Source of the DNA: the human T2T-CHM13v2.0 reference genome, Homo sapiens
Direction: 5' to 3' (one strand)
Assembly (NCBI RefSeq): GCF_009914755.1
Contig: NC_060938.1
Length of the DNA stretch: 64,000 bases
Shown: piece by piece, positions 1 to 14,891 of the stretch
Numbering within the stretch: the first letter of the stretch is position 1
How the letters are laid out: each line of letters opens with the position of its first letter
The notes under the pieces: model-generated
What the model was told of the DNA's origin: nothing
The model's input: the letters and a program-made list of their open reading frames with translations, nothing else
Database searches by the model: none
Translations under genes and position numbers: made by a program

Positions 1-608
1 CTAGACTGAGACCAATGCCTAATGTCTAATTTCCAATTAGTGGTATTTGGGTTTATACATTTTTCCATTTGCATGTCAAACTCTTAATCATCTTTCATTT
101 CAATCATAATTACTGGGTTCTTTACTTTTTCAGTTTCTATATCATAACAAAAATTTTCATCATCTGTGTTAGAAACAAGCTGTGTGTCTGGTTTGTTATC
201 ATTTTTATAGTTTGATTTATTTTAATTTAAATGAAGCTTAGAAGATGACTGGTAAGTGTATTTCAGGGACCTGGAGTGTGAATGGAATAAAAAGACATTT
301 GACATGGGCTTCCTCTGTTCAGGCGCTGCCTGGACTGCCACAGAGCTAGACCCTCCAGATACATTTTTCTCCTCACAATCAGGGACATGATTCATCACAC
401 TAGAGGGCACTCCTTTTTTGTTCATCCCTCTTTAGAGTTACCATGTAGGAGCTCTTCCTCAGGGCAAGCAGTAATTTTGGAGTTTTCAGAACTTTTACCA
501 ATATTCAGCTTGAACTTGTTTGTAATGAATTTTAAAGAAAGTCATGAATATATAGATAGATTCCCTTTATCACAGTTCTTACCCAGTTCTGGTTCTTGAG
601 ACTTTTTT
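1..608 (-). pseudogene. Degenerate large exon of CCDC144/ANKRD26-family type inside an ANKRD20A intron (runs off the left edge)
   Basis: Minus-strand translation gives SQEPELGKNCDKG..., ...VQAAPEQRKPMSNVFLFHSHSRSLKYTYQSSSKLHLN*NKSNYKNDNKPD... and IEMKDD*EFDMQMEK. These resemble recalled CCDC144A segments ([37 protein letters not shown]). Multiple stops and frameshifts. Confidence 0.65.
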
Positions 609-1868
609 GGGGGGGGTCAGGTGCAAAATGGAAAACAAATTTGCTTGTTTTGTTTCTCAGATGTCTTTTCTGTCAGAGTGCATGTTTTAAAATTAGCTTT
701 AATCAAGTATAAACAAAGAAATATTAGAAAATAATTAAAATTTAACTGTGAAACTTAATCTATGTGTTGCTACTCTTAAATTATGGGATTGTATCTAAAA
801 AGTGAAAAATAATTTGCCTTGGCTTAACATAGGACAGAAACATGAACCAGCAAGCTGAACTCTCAGTGTCTGTTTGGACTAAACTTAATGCATTTGTGTA
901 AAATCTACCAGAAATGAATTCAAAGATGATAGGTAGTATTATAAAAGCTTCCTCTCTTACAAAGACTTTACCTCAGCATACCAGAAAGAGTGAGCCCCTA
1001 CAGTGCATGTTTATTTCTGAAGATGAACTAGAGCACTAGGCAAACACTAAATTATTAAGAGCTAAACTGAACACCAATAAGAAAGAGAAGCAAAATTTTA
1101 AATTCTAATTCAAATGATATACTATGATAGTGTTATGTATCTAGATAGAATTTCTGCTTATATCCACTTCTAATATATTTTAAGTTCCGGTAGTGATAGG
1201 GTTTGGATTTTTTAAATTTTAGTAATGTTTACTATGTATTTATGTTGAAATAAAGTTATTGTTCACACCCTGACACCAAAGGTCCCATTCTGCAAGGTAG
1301 GATTCTCTTAATAGGCAACTGCATTGACTTTTATGACCCCATTCACTCCCTGAACACAGACACAGAAGTCAGCTGGTGACCACAAAACAGAATAAATCTT
1401 TAACCTCGGCACTGGTGACCAGCAATATAAAACTGCAACATTTGAAACACTGGCAATGATGACTCCTTTAACACTAGTTTAACTCAGTGGCCATTGTTGT
1501 TAAACTGTTCATAATTTCTATTCCTCAGTAATATGACCCAATACTTCATGTTACCTTGTGTATTATGAGTAAGGTTACATAAATAAAACAGCAAGATAAT
1601 TCTGAAAATTTCTTGCCTCAATTCCAAGGGTAAAGACAACTATGAGTTACTAGAGATACTAAGAATTACTAGAATAACTAATAGTTACTAGAGATAGTAA
1701 GAATATCTTAAGTTTCATAACTGGTTAAGATGTTTTAAAAATTAAATATAAAATTATGATCTATTGGATTCTAAAGGTATAGTCTGAAAGGTCATGTCAT
1801 TTGGACTATGCTTTGTTAGTAAAGCAAAAAAAACCTAATATTAAACAAGAACTTAAATTTTCATATAC

Positions 1869-1939
1869 CTGTGATTGCTTCTTTTCACTTCTTTCACACC
1901 TTTCTTGCTCTTCCTCTAAAGCCACTGGTAAGGTTTGTT
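1869..1939 (-). pseudogene. ANKRD20A: ANKRD20A-like exon (EQTLPVALEEEQERCERSEKKQSQ)
   Basis: cag|AACAAACC...TCACAG|gtatat; 71 nt, in frame with the upstream exon. Confidence 0.88.
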
Positions 1940-2456
1940 CTGTTGACAAATTCATTGATTTAGTTCAAATGAACTAAGAAGAGTTAGATAAAGACTATAA
2001 TCTTTATAAAAATAAATAGAGAATAACATTTCTTTGTATTTTATATTTTGAGAGTTTGAATGAAACAATGTTTACTGAAATATTTACTTCTGTAAGAAAT
2101 ACTTCTAATTATCCAAAACTTCAACAAACCACTTGGGGAGACACCAGATATCACCAGATTCAAGCCATGCAAAATCTCAGGGACACTCACAAATTGTTCC
2201 ACCCAACATAAGTCAACAAAACTGTTGGAAACAAAACAGAAATTTGAAATACAGTCAAAATATACAATGTAATGCTTTACTATACTTCATAACAGTATCT
2301 TTTTAACAAGACACTAATTGAGTTAGCAGTTACTAATAATTTGCAAAATTATTGTTGTTTATACCTCAATTAGTGTGCACCCCATTTTTTATATCACAAA
2401 TGTTTTCCCCTGCTATTCTGAAAAATTTATTTTCATCTTTTAAGACTCAGAAAGTA

Positions 2457-2750
2457 GGCTGGGCATAATAGCTCACATCTGTAATCCCAGCACTTTGGAA
2501 GGCCAAAATGGGAGAATTGCTCAAGGCCAAAAGTTTAAGACCAGCCTGGGAACCATAGGTAACCTTGACTCTACAAAAAATTAGACAGGTATGGTGATAT
2601 GTTCCTGTTGTCCCCGCTACTCAAGAAGCTTAGATGAGAAGATCCCTCGAGCCCAGAAGTCTGAGGTTTCAGTGAGTCTCAATCATGCCATTGCACTCCA
2701 ATCCTGGGTGATAGAGTAAGAACTTGTCTCCAAAAAGAGGAAGAAAAAAA
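2457..2750 (+). mobile_element. Alu (old, AluJ-like)
   Basis: ggctgggcataatagctcacatctgtaatcccagcac..., dimeric structure with an A-rich tail. Confidence 0.9.
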
Positions 2751-3299
2751 GGCTCAGAATGCTATGTGAAATCTTCCTTGATTCTAGCTATCTTTCTCCA
2801 CACACACAGGTGTCTGCTTCGTTGGGGTCCCTTAGTACCTTGTCAATTTTTCTAGTGTCACTTTACCACCTGACCTGCACATCATGTCTTTACATGTTGA
2901 CCCCCTTTGCTGCTAGACTGTAGAGGACAATCTTTTGAATCATCTTTGTATAAACAGTCTTAATTTTGCTAAATAATTACTTATTGAGTTCCTGCTAAGT
3001 GTTAGGCACTGGGGAATAAGGAAGGAAAATAGAAGCTGTCAGGGATGGCTTTCCTAAAGATCACCCATGAGCTGAGACTTAGAGAGTGAGGTTAGCCAGA
3101 TTAAGCGAGGCAGAGGGCAGGAAAGGGTGAGCACATGCCAGGCGGCAACAAGAGAGGAAGAGAAGCCTCCAAGAGAGTATGTATTTCTCTGCAGAAGAGG
3201 AATGGTGAGGGGCCATTACCAGCAGCTCAGTAATTCCAGAGAAAAAGGCAGATGGGGAAAGGGATACAGATGGAGATTTGGGCAGAAATCAGTTTCCTT

Positions 3300-3595
3300 T
3301 CCTTTTCTTTTTTGGGACAAGGTTATACTCTGTCTCCCAGACTGGAGGGCAGTGGCATGATCTCAGCTCACTGCAACCCGGCCTCCCAGGTTCAAGTAAT
3401 TCTCCTGCATCAGCCTCCTGAGTAGCTGAGATTACAGGCGCGTGCCACTACCACCTGCTAATTTTTGTATTTTATTAGAGATGGGGTTTCACCTTGTTGG
3501 CCAGGCTGGTCTTGAACTCCTGACCTCAAATGATCCACTTGCTTCAGCCTCCCAAAGTGCTGGGATCACAGACATGAGCCACCTTGCCCAACCCA
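3300..3595 (-). mobile_element. Alu (AluS-like)
   Basis: T-tract followed by reverse-complement Alu body. Confidence 0.9.
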
Positions 3596-4057
3596 GAAGT
3601 CAGTTTCTGAAATCCTTATATAAACCTTTAAGATGCTTGGACATTAGGTATTCAGGAGTGGTTCACGGATCTATTTGCATTAAGGATAATTCACTCTAAA
3701 TACTGTGAGGAGCATAAAATTATGAGGCATATAAATCAATGAACAAAGATAAAATATAAGGCAATGTTGCAAAGGTGATGCAGGCCTGAGGAGATGTTTT
3801 CAGAAATATTTAGGATATAGGTATCAGTGGCCATTATAAGAATGAATTTCTATTGAATAAATAAATGTATATATCTGGGTCCCTGAAGAAATACACTCTG
3901 CTCATTACTTTACAAATTTTATCAAATGAGAAGTAAAATAATATACATAAACTCTTTCAGTTACTTGTATTTACTTTACCCTTTTTCTTTTCAGTTTTAC
4001 TGTGCCAAGGAAATGCATTTGGGTTTTGTGGTGGTTGTTGTGGTTGTGGTTGTTTTT

Positions 4058-4345
<288 letters not shown>

Positions 4346-6111
4346 TATATGGGGATTTTGTTTTAAAAGTTATGTTTCCTGGATCTACCAAGCTCATGAG
4401 AAAATAGAGCAAACAAGTCATTTGCATAGGTAAGAAACTTTGGATTTATAGCTTGTCCTCACTACTTTAGAAGATTATCATCATGTTTTGCAAAGCAAAA
4501 TGTTAAACACAGACACAAGGGGAAAAAGAAATTAAAACTATAGGGGTGGGTGAAAAAATATTGCATAATTTATTACTGTTGACCTCATCATATGACTGAT
4601 TAAGGGCACTGAATTTAACTTGGATGTGAAGTAGACCTCATATTAGCTGCAGTTAATCAGTAGACCAGGCGTCCTAGCAGAATTAAATTTGATGCTCCTG
4701 TGTTATCTTTAAAAGACACAGCTTTTCTGAAAACCCTTACTCATAGTGCATGATTATCCATTAAGAAAAGGTGATGGAATATGTGAATACAGCTGAGGAG
4801 ACACCACAAGGCAAATGCTAAGTGGTTCCCATTAATATTGCAAAAATAAACACTATAAAACAGAAAGCCATAGACATTATTTAATATTTGGTTTTGGGAG
4901 GTATTTTTAGTGACACTGCATACAGTTGTACCTAATAATTGCTAAATTAGAGACGTAAAAGTAAAACAAAGGCACATTGTGTTTGAGTAGGAAATCTATA
5001 GACATCTAGCTGGTTTTCCCATCCAGCCACAAAATTCTAAATATAATCATGGTACCTGCACTCAAATTTATGTTAAATACCAACCTCAATGAAATCACTC
5101 TTTCTTCTCATTCTCTTTGTTATTTATATGTTGCTTTCCTTAAGGGAAGAATACAAATGCCTTGCTAAGAACCATTCTGTTTGGTTGTAGGCTGCATAAG
5201 GGGAGTAAACACAAAGTACATTTGACCACAAAATGACTTTTTAAAAGTCAGAACTATGGTAGCATGAAGCCAAACGAGGTAATCTAGAATAAAATTTTCT
5301 ATGCTTCTTTCCCTTCTTTGCTCTCTTTCTACTCTAATAACTGCGATTCACACAGGTAAAGAAGAGTGTAATTCCTTGATAGAAACACAGCTCCAAGATT
5401 AATCCTTTCTTTAACTATGAAGTTCGCGTGTCCAAAATCTGTGGTAGTTGCTGTCTGATTTTTATCACTGATGGTGATACAGATATTTATCATCAACTCA
5501 CAACTTCCCAAATCTTTGAAAAGTCTTACTATTGATGGTTCAACTAGTAGAAACATGATGTAAAATATCTGAAAATAAAGTTTTTATTTATTAGAATGTA
5601 AATAATAATACAAATTGTAATAAGGTGTAAAAGTTCTTTCTTCACTGAAGCAGTACCATGTTGTCCTTTACCCCACAAATGCACTACTCCCCCGTGGTCT
5701 AATGTATTTTAAAAGTCTTGTAATTGCTATTAACTCAGAAAAGTTTACTTAACTTGTTCTAAGCTTCTGGTATTTACTACAGTTTACTTTCAATCACTCA
5801 ACCATCTCTGTTATATATGTTGTTTTCCATGAGAAATTTGTTTATTAGTAATTAAGATTCTTCAGGTATAAGAAAATATTTCAATAACTAAGTTTGTGCA
5901 TAAACACATTAAGGTCAAATACCCATGACATTATTGTGTGTTTCTGTGTACTAGAGACAAAAACTTCAAAAAAAATTTTAATGAATATACGTTAAATTAA
6001 AAAATGCTTTCATTAAACTGAGATAATCTTCCCTCAATGCATGAATACCTTCAGAATTCACATAGACCAAATAATTGTATAAAGTATAATAGCCTTAAAA
6101 ATCTTATTTGT

Positions 6112-6412
6112 AGCTGGCACAATGACTCCCACCTGTAATCCCAGCACATTGGCAAGCCGAGGTGGGCAGATCACCTGAGGTCAGGAGTTCAAGAGCAGCC
6201 TGGCCAACCTGGTGAAACCCCATCTCTACTAAAAATAGAAAAATTAGCAGGGTATGGTAGCACGTGCATGTAGTATCAGCTACTCGAGGGGCTGAGGCAG
6301 GAGAATTGCTTGAACCCGAGAGGCAGAGGTGGTAATGAGCCAAGACTGAGCCACTGCACTCCAGCCTTGGTGACAGAGCAAGACTCTGTCTCAAAAACAC
6401 AAATAAACAAAC
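6112..6412 (+). mobile_element. Alu (AluS-like)
   Basis: Alu consensus motifs cctgtaatcccagc and gaggtcaggagttc. Confidence 0.9.
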
Positions 6413-7892
6413 AACCTAATTTTTCCCATATAAGTCTATGTTCATACAAGATCTGAAGAGTACACAACACCGTGAGACAGGACAGACATATATTTTAAAA
6501 GTTATATTCCTGGTTTCTGTAAAAATAAAATAGTTGAATTTAAGCTTTCAAGACAAGTCAACGAAAAGAGAATGCAAAAGTGAAACTCGAAGGGTCATTT
6601 CCCCATCAAGGGCTCATGATCACTGGACATTCACAAACTATACTGTTCAAAACATTAGATCTGAATTTTGATCCGAGTATCCCTTTAGTAGCAGTTTCAT
6701 TCAAGGATGTCCAAGAGGTAAAATAAGACAATATCATTTGCTATTTTCAGTTTTCTTTTCTGAGAACAGCCCAGCATTCTTCTTCAGAGAAATGAATTGT
6801 GCTAACTTCATAGGCTAAAGGCTCATGAGTCATAGTTCTAAGGGTATTAATAAAATATGGTGGTGTATGCTTGTATTCTGAACTTTTCAGGTTTAAACTC
6901 TCATATAGTAAACGCTAATAGATACAAACCAATTAAAGAAAAGCCCTCTTAATCTGACATTATTTTTCTTTTTATTTCTTCATTTATCAGCAACAGGAGA
7001 GTCTAACTAAATGTGGTAAAGTGGTATGAGGGAATACAATGAACAGTGTAAAATGAATTAAACCAGGGATAATCACACCAATGTGGGTACAAGTGGAAAA
7101 TATAATACAAAACACACCAAAGAAAGTGGCAGAAAGGTATATAAAGTGTATAACCACTCACATACCATTTTAGGACACAAAAAATTCTGCATATTATTTC
7201 TGAGCATCACAATGTAATTAAAGATTTCAAAAGGGCATTGAAATGAAAAACAACCAACTTATGATGTTGGTAGCCTCTATGCAATCATGTTTTAAAAACT
7301 TTAACACCAAAAAGGCTCAAAATCACCATTTTAAAAGACTGTGTCTACCAGTCATAAATGAATCATTACTTTCGTCATTTGTAATAGTCAAAGATGCCAC
7401 AAGCGCACGCATACACACATCTATATATACACCTACACACACAGTCTTGCTCATTAGAACATCTGATAGGTTTCAGATCATCAGTGTAATAACACTAGCA
7501 GCAAGCCTCTGAAGTTAAAACAGAAACTGACACTTTAATAAGTAAAGCTTTCCTCTAGGTAAAGATCAGAACTCCAACTAGCACTTAACTCACTGGAAAT
7601 ATCTTAAGAGTCTCAAAATTCACTGCTTTGAATCCCTGACAAGTATAAAAATTTTATACTGAAAACTTCATGCTATTCAAAACATTTAAACAGAAACATC
7701 TGACTTAAAGCTTACATTTTTAAAATCTTTTTTATGCTTCTAAATTTGTTTTTATTCAAATATGGATACCAACAATAACATTTATGTCAATGCCTTCTGT
7801 TCAATATTGAACAAATAGAATTAGGAATAAGAATAATATGAGTACATCCAATCATTGAATGTACTTTATTTCCAGTATTCCATTAAATGTAC

Positions 7893-7965
7893 CTGCTCTC
7901 AATGTCTGTACATACTTTCTTTGTACTGCTCCTTTCACAGCAGGATCTTCCACTTCAGTGCTAGG
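7893..7965 (-). pseudogene. ANKRD20A: ANKRD20A-like 73-nt exon (PSTEVEDPAVKGAVQRKYVQTLRA)
   Basis: ttcag|CCTAGC...GAGCAG|gtacat. Confidence 0.88.
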
Positions 7966-8056
7966 CTGAATGGGTTTTAAAAGATAACGATTCATAAATC
8001 ATATATATTTTATACAACATGGAGTTAGTGATTCAAAAATATACATAATTAATTAC

Positions 8057-8085
8057 CTTCAAGGAAGGATGTTTTGCAGGAGGCC
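8057..8085 (-). pseudogene. ANKRD20A: ANKRD20A-like 29-nt exon (GPPAKHPSLK)
   Basis: tgtag|GGCCTCC...TTGAAG|gtaatt; a 29+73 nt exon pair is typical of the ANKRD20/30/36 families. Confidence 0.88.
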
Positions 8086-10509
8086 CTACAAAGCAAAGGG
8101 GATATGTCATCAATTATATGTAAGTATGACAAGGCCAACCAAACATTCATGCAGTGTTACTGTCGAGCTGAATTCTCAGGCCTGGCTATAAAAATAATTA
8201 CTTAAGGTTTTGAGGGTTCTTCTTGGCTTCTTCTTTTCATTGCCTAGGACAGCAACATGACAGAAACACAATGAGGAAAATAGGAATATAGGATTCCCAA
8301 AATGCACAGTTTATATTTCAGTAGTGAGATTATGTTTCAAATGCCTATACTTAAAATAGAAAAGCATTGATATAACCGTGAACATGTGGACTGATGAGGA
8401 GAAAAGGGACCATTAAACAGAGGGGCAAATCAAACCTGAGAGAATCAATGTCAAAGCTGATGGTGAATGTACAGAGTATTTTAACTCCACACACCAGAGG
8501 CATTGCTGCCAGCACAGCACAAATAAATTCCCCTTGTCTTGTCACTGAGGAAATACGCAGTTGGGATGACAGTTCAGGTGAATGTGTGATTCACCTCTCA
8601 TCAAAGAAAGGGTTCTACATTGATCAGCTAGGATACACACTTATGAAATAACAGCTAATCAAACTACTCATTTTTCCCATGATCACATGGGCTACTGCAG
8701 CACCTACATTTCTCCTATCCCCTCATTTGGCCTTGAATTAGAGCTCCTTGATCCACTCATGCAAGGTGGTCCATAAAACACATCAAATAAACCATGTCGA
8801 ATAAGCTTCTGATATGAAAATATTTATCAAAAAAGAAAACATTGAATGACCACAGACTTGCTGGATATTAATACATATTTATATTTCAAAATCAGTGCAG
8901 TATTTATTGAAAATGATAATTTTGGTTTTCATGGAATGAATTTTATGATTACTTCTAAAATTAACTGAGTTTGGTATATTATCTTACACTGTAAAGGACT
9001 TTTATAAAACAGCTATCATATCGAAGAACTGGCTGTCTCAAAAAAATTTCACCAAAGCATCTATATGCAACTTAATCATATCTTATTCACTCATGTCAGT
9101 GAAACTTCTCTCCCTGAGGCCTGACAGTTATCAAGTGAAATGAGCTGCTGTGGTTTACCCCAACTCTAGCACTCCCTCCTGTCTCCAGTACTCTCCACAG
9201 CAATAACCTCTTTTGTGAGACTGGGCATATGCTGAAGCAACTGGAAGTGAGTTGTCTCAAGTTAACTTGGCTTTAACTCCCAAGACCCCAGCAAATGTCT
9301 TTCTTTCCTCCTTTTGTGTCCTTTCACCATCCCTCTTCCTTTGAAAAAATGATTATCAGAACTGTCATCCTGATGCTTCCCTTCCTAACTGCTTTTTATG
9401 GATGATTGTGACCACTTTTTTCATCTGTATTCAGCAGTAGTATACACCTGTAATCTCTCTTTTTTCATCTCATTTTCCTTCCCCTGTGGCTAGAATCATG
9501 CTCAGAAATAAAAGGAAATTAAAGCTTTCCCTGGATTCTGTTATCTTTTAAATTGCTCTCCAGTGGTTCTTTTTCCAGATTTCTCTAAAGGAAGGCTATT
9601 CCCTTGCTATTCAGAGCTGTGTCCAAGGACCAGCACAAACATCACCTGAGTGCTCATGAGAAATGCAGACTCCAATACCTGCTGAGTCAGAATGTGCACT
9701 TTCCAGAAGCTCCTCAACGTATTCATGACAATTTGAATGCCTTGTTCTACACTGGTGTGCTTCCATATTGGTTTACCCTAATTGGCCTTTTTGGCCTAGC
9801 CTCAACTTCTTTCCTATTATGTCCCTGAATTTAATACTACGTTATAAGCCATAATGTTTCTAATGAACTTTTAATCAGGCAAAGCTTCTCTAATTAATTT
9901 CTTCCCAATAAATCACCCAACACTATTCTTTTCAATTATGTTAATATGATACTATCCTATGAAGTTACAACATTTTCTATGAAAACAAATTACAGTCATA
10001 CATGGCTGACCATTTATGGTGATGTTCATCTATGGTAGATAAAACACAGGTCTGCATGGTAAAGTACCTCAATCCTTAATGCCTCCCCAGTAGCGAGAAT
10101 GACAGCAAGAGAAGGAAAATGTTACTGTAATTATATGACACATTTTGGTACTGGAAGCTCACTTTATCTTCCTTCCTATTTCTAACACCCTGTTCTTCCT
10201 TCTTCTACAGATCAATTTGACTTTACTACCCTCCATTACATACATCCACTTTTTTTTATTTATTCCATGTACACTCTGCCCTCCTCATTCTTTCTTTCTC
10301 TTTTATTCATTTCCTCTTCCCTCTCTCCTGACTTGCCTCAGGTCTTAGAGTATGTTAAAATGGAACTCATAACTCACCTCCTTTAGTGGTACTTCCAATA
10401 GAATCAACTGCTGACCCTTGGTTAGAGACACCACTTATCACCATTTCATTTCTCTTTTACTTATGATACAGTTAATAGGACATTTTCTTTAGCTATTAAA
10501 CTCTATTAG

Positions 10510-10836
<327 letters not shown>

Positions 10837-10875
10837 CTCCATCAAATGACTTTTTAAATAAAATACGGTTCTCAC

Positions 10876-10960
10876 CTTTTCCTTTTCCATTGACTATTCT
10901 GTTTCCTTTTTCATGAGAAGGTCCACGTAAAGGCTCTGACACTTTCTTGGGGACACACTG
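10876..10960 (-). pseudogene. ANKRD20A: ANKRD20A-like 85-nt exon (QCVPKKVSEPLRGPSHEKGNRIVNGKGK)
   Basis: cttag|CAGTGT...GAAAAG|gtgaga. Confidence 0.88.
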
Positions 10961-11032
10961 CTAAGGTAATATCAAGAATTAGTTTCCATTTAAAATTATA
11001 ATGAGTTGCATCAAGAGTTTCTTATCAATCTC

Positions 11033-11650
11033 TTTTTATGAAACTGGGTCTCACTCTGTCAACCCAGGGCTAGAATGCAGGGGCCTGATTATGGCTCACT
11101 GTGGTCTCAAACTCCTGACCTCAAGCAATCTTCCCACCTCAACTTCCTGAATAGCTGGAACTACAGGTGCATACCATCATGTCATGCTAATGTTTTTATT
11201 GTTATCTTTGTAGAGACAAGGCCTCATTATACCTCCCAGGCTGGTCTCAAGCTCCTGGGCTCAAGCAAATCTTCCACTTCTGCCTCCCAAAATGTTGAGA
11301 TAAGCAGTGTGCACCACCACACCCAGCCCTAATCAATTTCTTTAAATCAATCTCAATGTTGCCCAGGCATGGTGGCTCACACCTGTAATCTCAGCCCTTT
11401 GCAAGGCCAAGGTGGGTGGATTGCTTGAGTTCAGGAGTTGGAGACCAGCCTGGCCAACATAATGAGAACACATCTCTACACAAAAAATACCAAAAGGAGT
11501 CAGGCATGAAGGTGTGTGCCTGTAGTCCCAGCTGCTTGGGAAGCTGATGTGGGAGGATCACTTGAGCCTGAGAAGTGGATACAGCAGTGAGCCAAGATCA
11601 TGCCACTACACTACAGCATGGACAACAGAGCAAGACCCTGCCTCCCCAAA
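11033..11650. mobile_element. Two head-to-head Alus (about 11033-11330 minus, 11360-11650 plus)
   Basis: Alu motifs in opposite orientations about 30 bp apart. Confidence 0.85.
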
Positions 11651-12018
11651 AATTTCAATTTAAAAGAGAGATACAAACAAAAAACAAGCCTAATTAGTCA
11701 ATGAAATATGAGCTTAAGCCAAGAAAGAAAACGAAAAACATGAAGTACAATAAAGTACATGGGGAAATAGATCTATAACAGAGCCTTCGGTCTTTCATAA
11801 CTCTGATAATACTAATTAATATTTATGCTGCAATTAGTTTTTTGTAAGTACTTCTGTGATAGTGTTTCTTACTATAAGACATTCAATTAGCTAAATATGG
11901 TCATCTACCATTACCTGAAAGAACATTATTATAACAGAGAGAGAAAACTGGAACTTTCCATCAACTTTCCACCCAGAAAAAGAATTGGTCACCAGAATTC
12001 TAAAGAGTAATGTATGGC

Positions 12019-12790
12019 AGACACATGAAAAAATGCTCATCATCACTGGCCATCAGAGAAATGCAAATCGAAACCACTATGAGATATCATTTCACACCAG
12101 TTAGAATGGCAATCATTAAAAAGTCAGGAAACAACAGGTGCTGGAGAGGATGTGGAGAAATAGGAACACTTTTACACTGTTGGTGGGACTGTAAACTAGT
12201 TCAACCATTGTGGAAGACAGTGTGGAGATTCCTCAAGGATCAAGAATTAGAAATACTGTTTGATCCAGCCATCCCATTACTGGATATATATGCAAAGGAT
12301 TATAAATCATGCTGCTATAAAGACACATGCACATGTATGTTTATTGCAGCACTATTCATAATAGCAAAGACTTGGAACCAACCCATATGCCCATCAATGA
12401 TAGACTGGATTAAGAAAATGTGGCACTTACACACCATGGAATACTATGCAGCATAAAAAATGATGAGTTCATGTCCTTTGTAGGGACATGGATGAAGCTG
12501 GAAACCATCATTCTGAGCAAACTGTTCCAAGGACAGAAAACCAAACACCACATGTTCTCACTCATAGGTGGGAACTGAAAAATGAGAACACTTGGACACA
12601 GGATGGGGAACATCACACACCATGGCCTGTCATGGGGTGGGGGGAGAGGGGAGGAATAGCATTAAGAGATATACCTAGTATAAATGACGAGTTAATGGGT
12701 GCAGCACACCAACATGGCACATGTATACATATTTAACAAACCTGCACGTTGTGCACATGTACCCTAGAACTTAAAGTATAATAATAATAA
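12019..12790 (+). mobile_element. 5'-truncated L1PA (ORF2 C-terminus and 3'UTR) with an 18-bp target-site duplication
   Basis: ORF 12010-12456 is the L1 ORF2 C-terminus ([27 protein letters not shown]); canonical 3' end cttaaagtataataat; TSD taaagagtaatgtatggc at 12001-12018 and 12791-12808. Confidence 0.96.
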
Positions 12791-13159
12791 TAAAGAGTAA
12801 TGTATGGCTTGAAATGGTGTATTTAATGGAACATGAGTTGGGTCTAATAAAAAGCTTAAGAAATATTAATCTAAAATCTCAATGTTAAGATTCCAGTTGA
12901 ATGATACTAGAAAATATATTGTAACCCTCTTTGCTACCGATGACCTATTTCTATTTTATTTCCTTTTTAATTATGGCATAAATTCTCAACATAACATGTC
13001 AAAACTTATACACCGTTAAATATTAAAAAATAATACAATGTAAGCAATATTTTAAATACAATATTTAATGATTGGATACATTAGGTTTATTATATTACTT
13101 ATAACATTCCATTATATAAAAATTCATTTGTTTATTTATTCAGATTAAACAACTATTAA

Positions 13160-13948
13160 GGCTGAATGTCTCATGTCTGTAACCCCAGCACTTTGAGAGG
13201 CTGAGGCGAGCAGAACATTTGAGCCCAACAATTAAAGAAGAGCCTGGGCAACAAGGCAAAACCCTATCTCTACAAAACTCAGCCCAGCATGGTGACACAG
13301 GTCTATGGTGACATAGCTCTATTGTTTCAACTACTTGGATGGCTGAGGTGTGAGGATCACCTGAGCCTAGGAAATGGAGATCGGAGTGAGCCAAGATCTC
13401 ACCAGTGCCCTCCAGCCTGGGTGACAGAGTGAAACCCCATCTCAAAAAACAACAAGTAAAATGCTTCTTACATGGAAGACTGTATTCTAGGTACTCCAGG
13501 ATACACACAAATATGTTTACTGACCTCCAGTAGCTTATGGTATGCAGGAGTTCCAATGATCATTTAAAAAACTAAATAGAAAACCTTCTGACATTCAAAC
13601 TTTCAGAATATGATATAAGGACTTTGAGTGGTTATTTTATTTTATTTTATTTTTTAAGATGTAGTCTTGCTCTGTCACCCAGCCTACAGTGCAATGGTGC
13701 GATCTTGGCTCACTGCAATCTTTGCCTCCTGGGTTCAAGCGATTCTCCTGCCTTAGCCTCCTGAGCAACTGGGATTACAGGCATGCACTATCATGCTTGG
13801 ATAATTTTTGTGCTTTTTTTTTTTTTTTTTAAGAGACAGGGTTTCACCATGTTGGCCAGGCTGATCTTGAACTCCTGACCTCAGGTGAGCTACCCACCTC
13901 GGCCTCCAAAAGTGCTGGGATTACAGGTGTGAGCCACCACGCCTGGCC
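13160..13948. mobile_element. Two tail-to-tail Alus (about 13160-13455 plus, 13640-13948 minus)
   Basis: Alu motifs in opposite orientations. Confidence 0.85.
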
Positions 13949-14891
13949 AAGTAAATATTTTAAATAAACTACAATGACAAAATTATGATGATAAAGACTT
14001 ACCATATTGGTATTAAGAGTCTCTGCTTCTAGAACTGGTTATTTGCAGGAAAATACATGTTATTCAATTAGATGAAGTGTTTTATATAAACTCTTCATGG
14101 ACAACTCATAAATCACATAAAAATCCCTTTGCAATACAAATCTTGAGAACATAAATTTAAATTTCTACATTTCCACAATTTATATTTTTAAATCAGATAC
14201 AATGTTACCCAGGCTGTTCTCAAACTCCTGTGTTCAAGCAATCTTACTGTCTCAAACTCCCAAGTAGCAGGGACTACAGGTGTACACCACCAAACTCAGC
14301 TATTTTTCTACAACTTTTAATACTTTTTTAGTCTCACTACAGAACCAATAATATAAGTAGAGAAACAATCTCTCCTAAAAACTATATGACACCAAAATGA
14401 TAAGTTTCCAAGAACAAAAGCTATATGCTATGTGCTGAACATTTCTGCCACTAAAAATTACCAGGAGGATTCCATGATTACTGCAAACAATTTGATCCAC
14501 TGAAGGTTTATACAGGAATAAATATTAAGAAAGTCACACTCGTATGATTTAAAAGTCAAAGTATTAGTATTTATCCAAATAAACTTTAACCAAAGTTCAT
14601 ATTTCCTCTATTGGAGAAAGCATTTCCTAATGTGATTTTCCTGTGACTACTTATTTTCCAGTTCATTTATTTTTCAGCTCCCACCCTGTCACAGTACTTA
14701 CCAATCTTTATTAGTTACCAAAGTTAAACACATTTTTTGAATCAACTAGCCATGTGTATGTTTTTCTCTGACCAGCTTTCCATTACCACCATAAAACAAT
14801 GATAGGTAAACCACTGCTAAATTTGAAAAGTAAATACTATGCAAAACTACACCCAGAGTGAGAAGATTAATTTTACAAGAGACCACTTTAC

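Noticed and set aside
12010-12456. 148-aa ORF as a host gene
   Set aside because: It is the L1 ORF2 C-terminus within a 5'-truncated L1 that has a TSD
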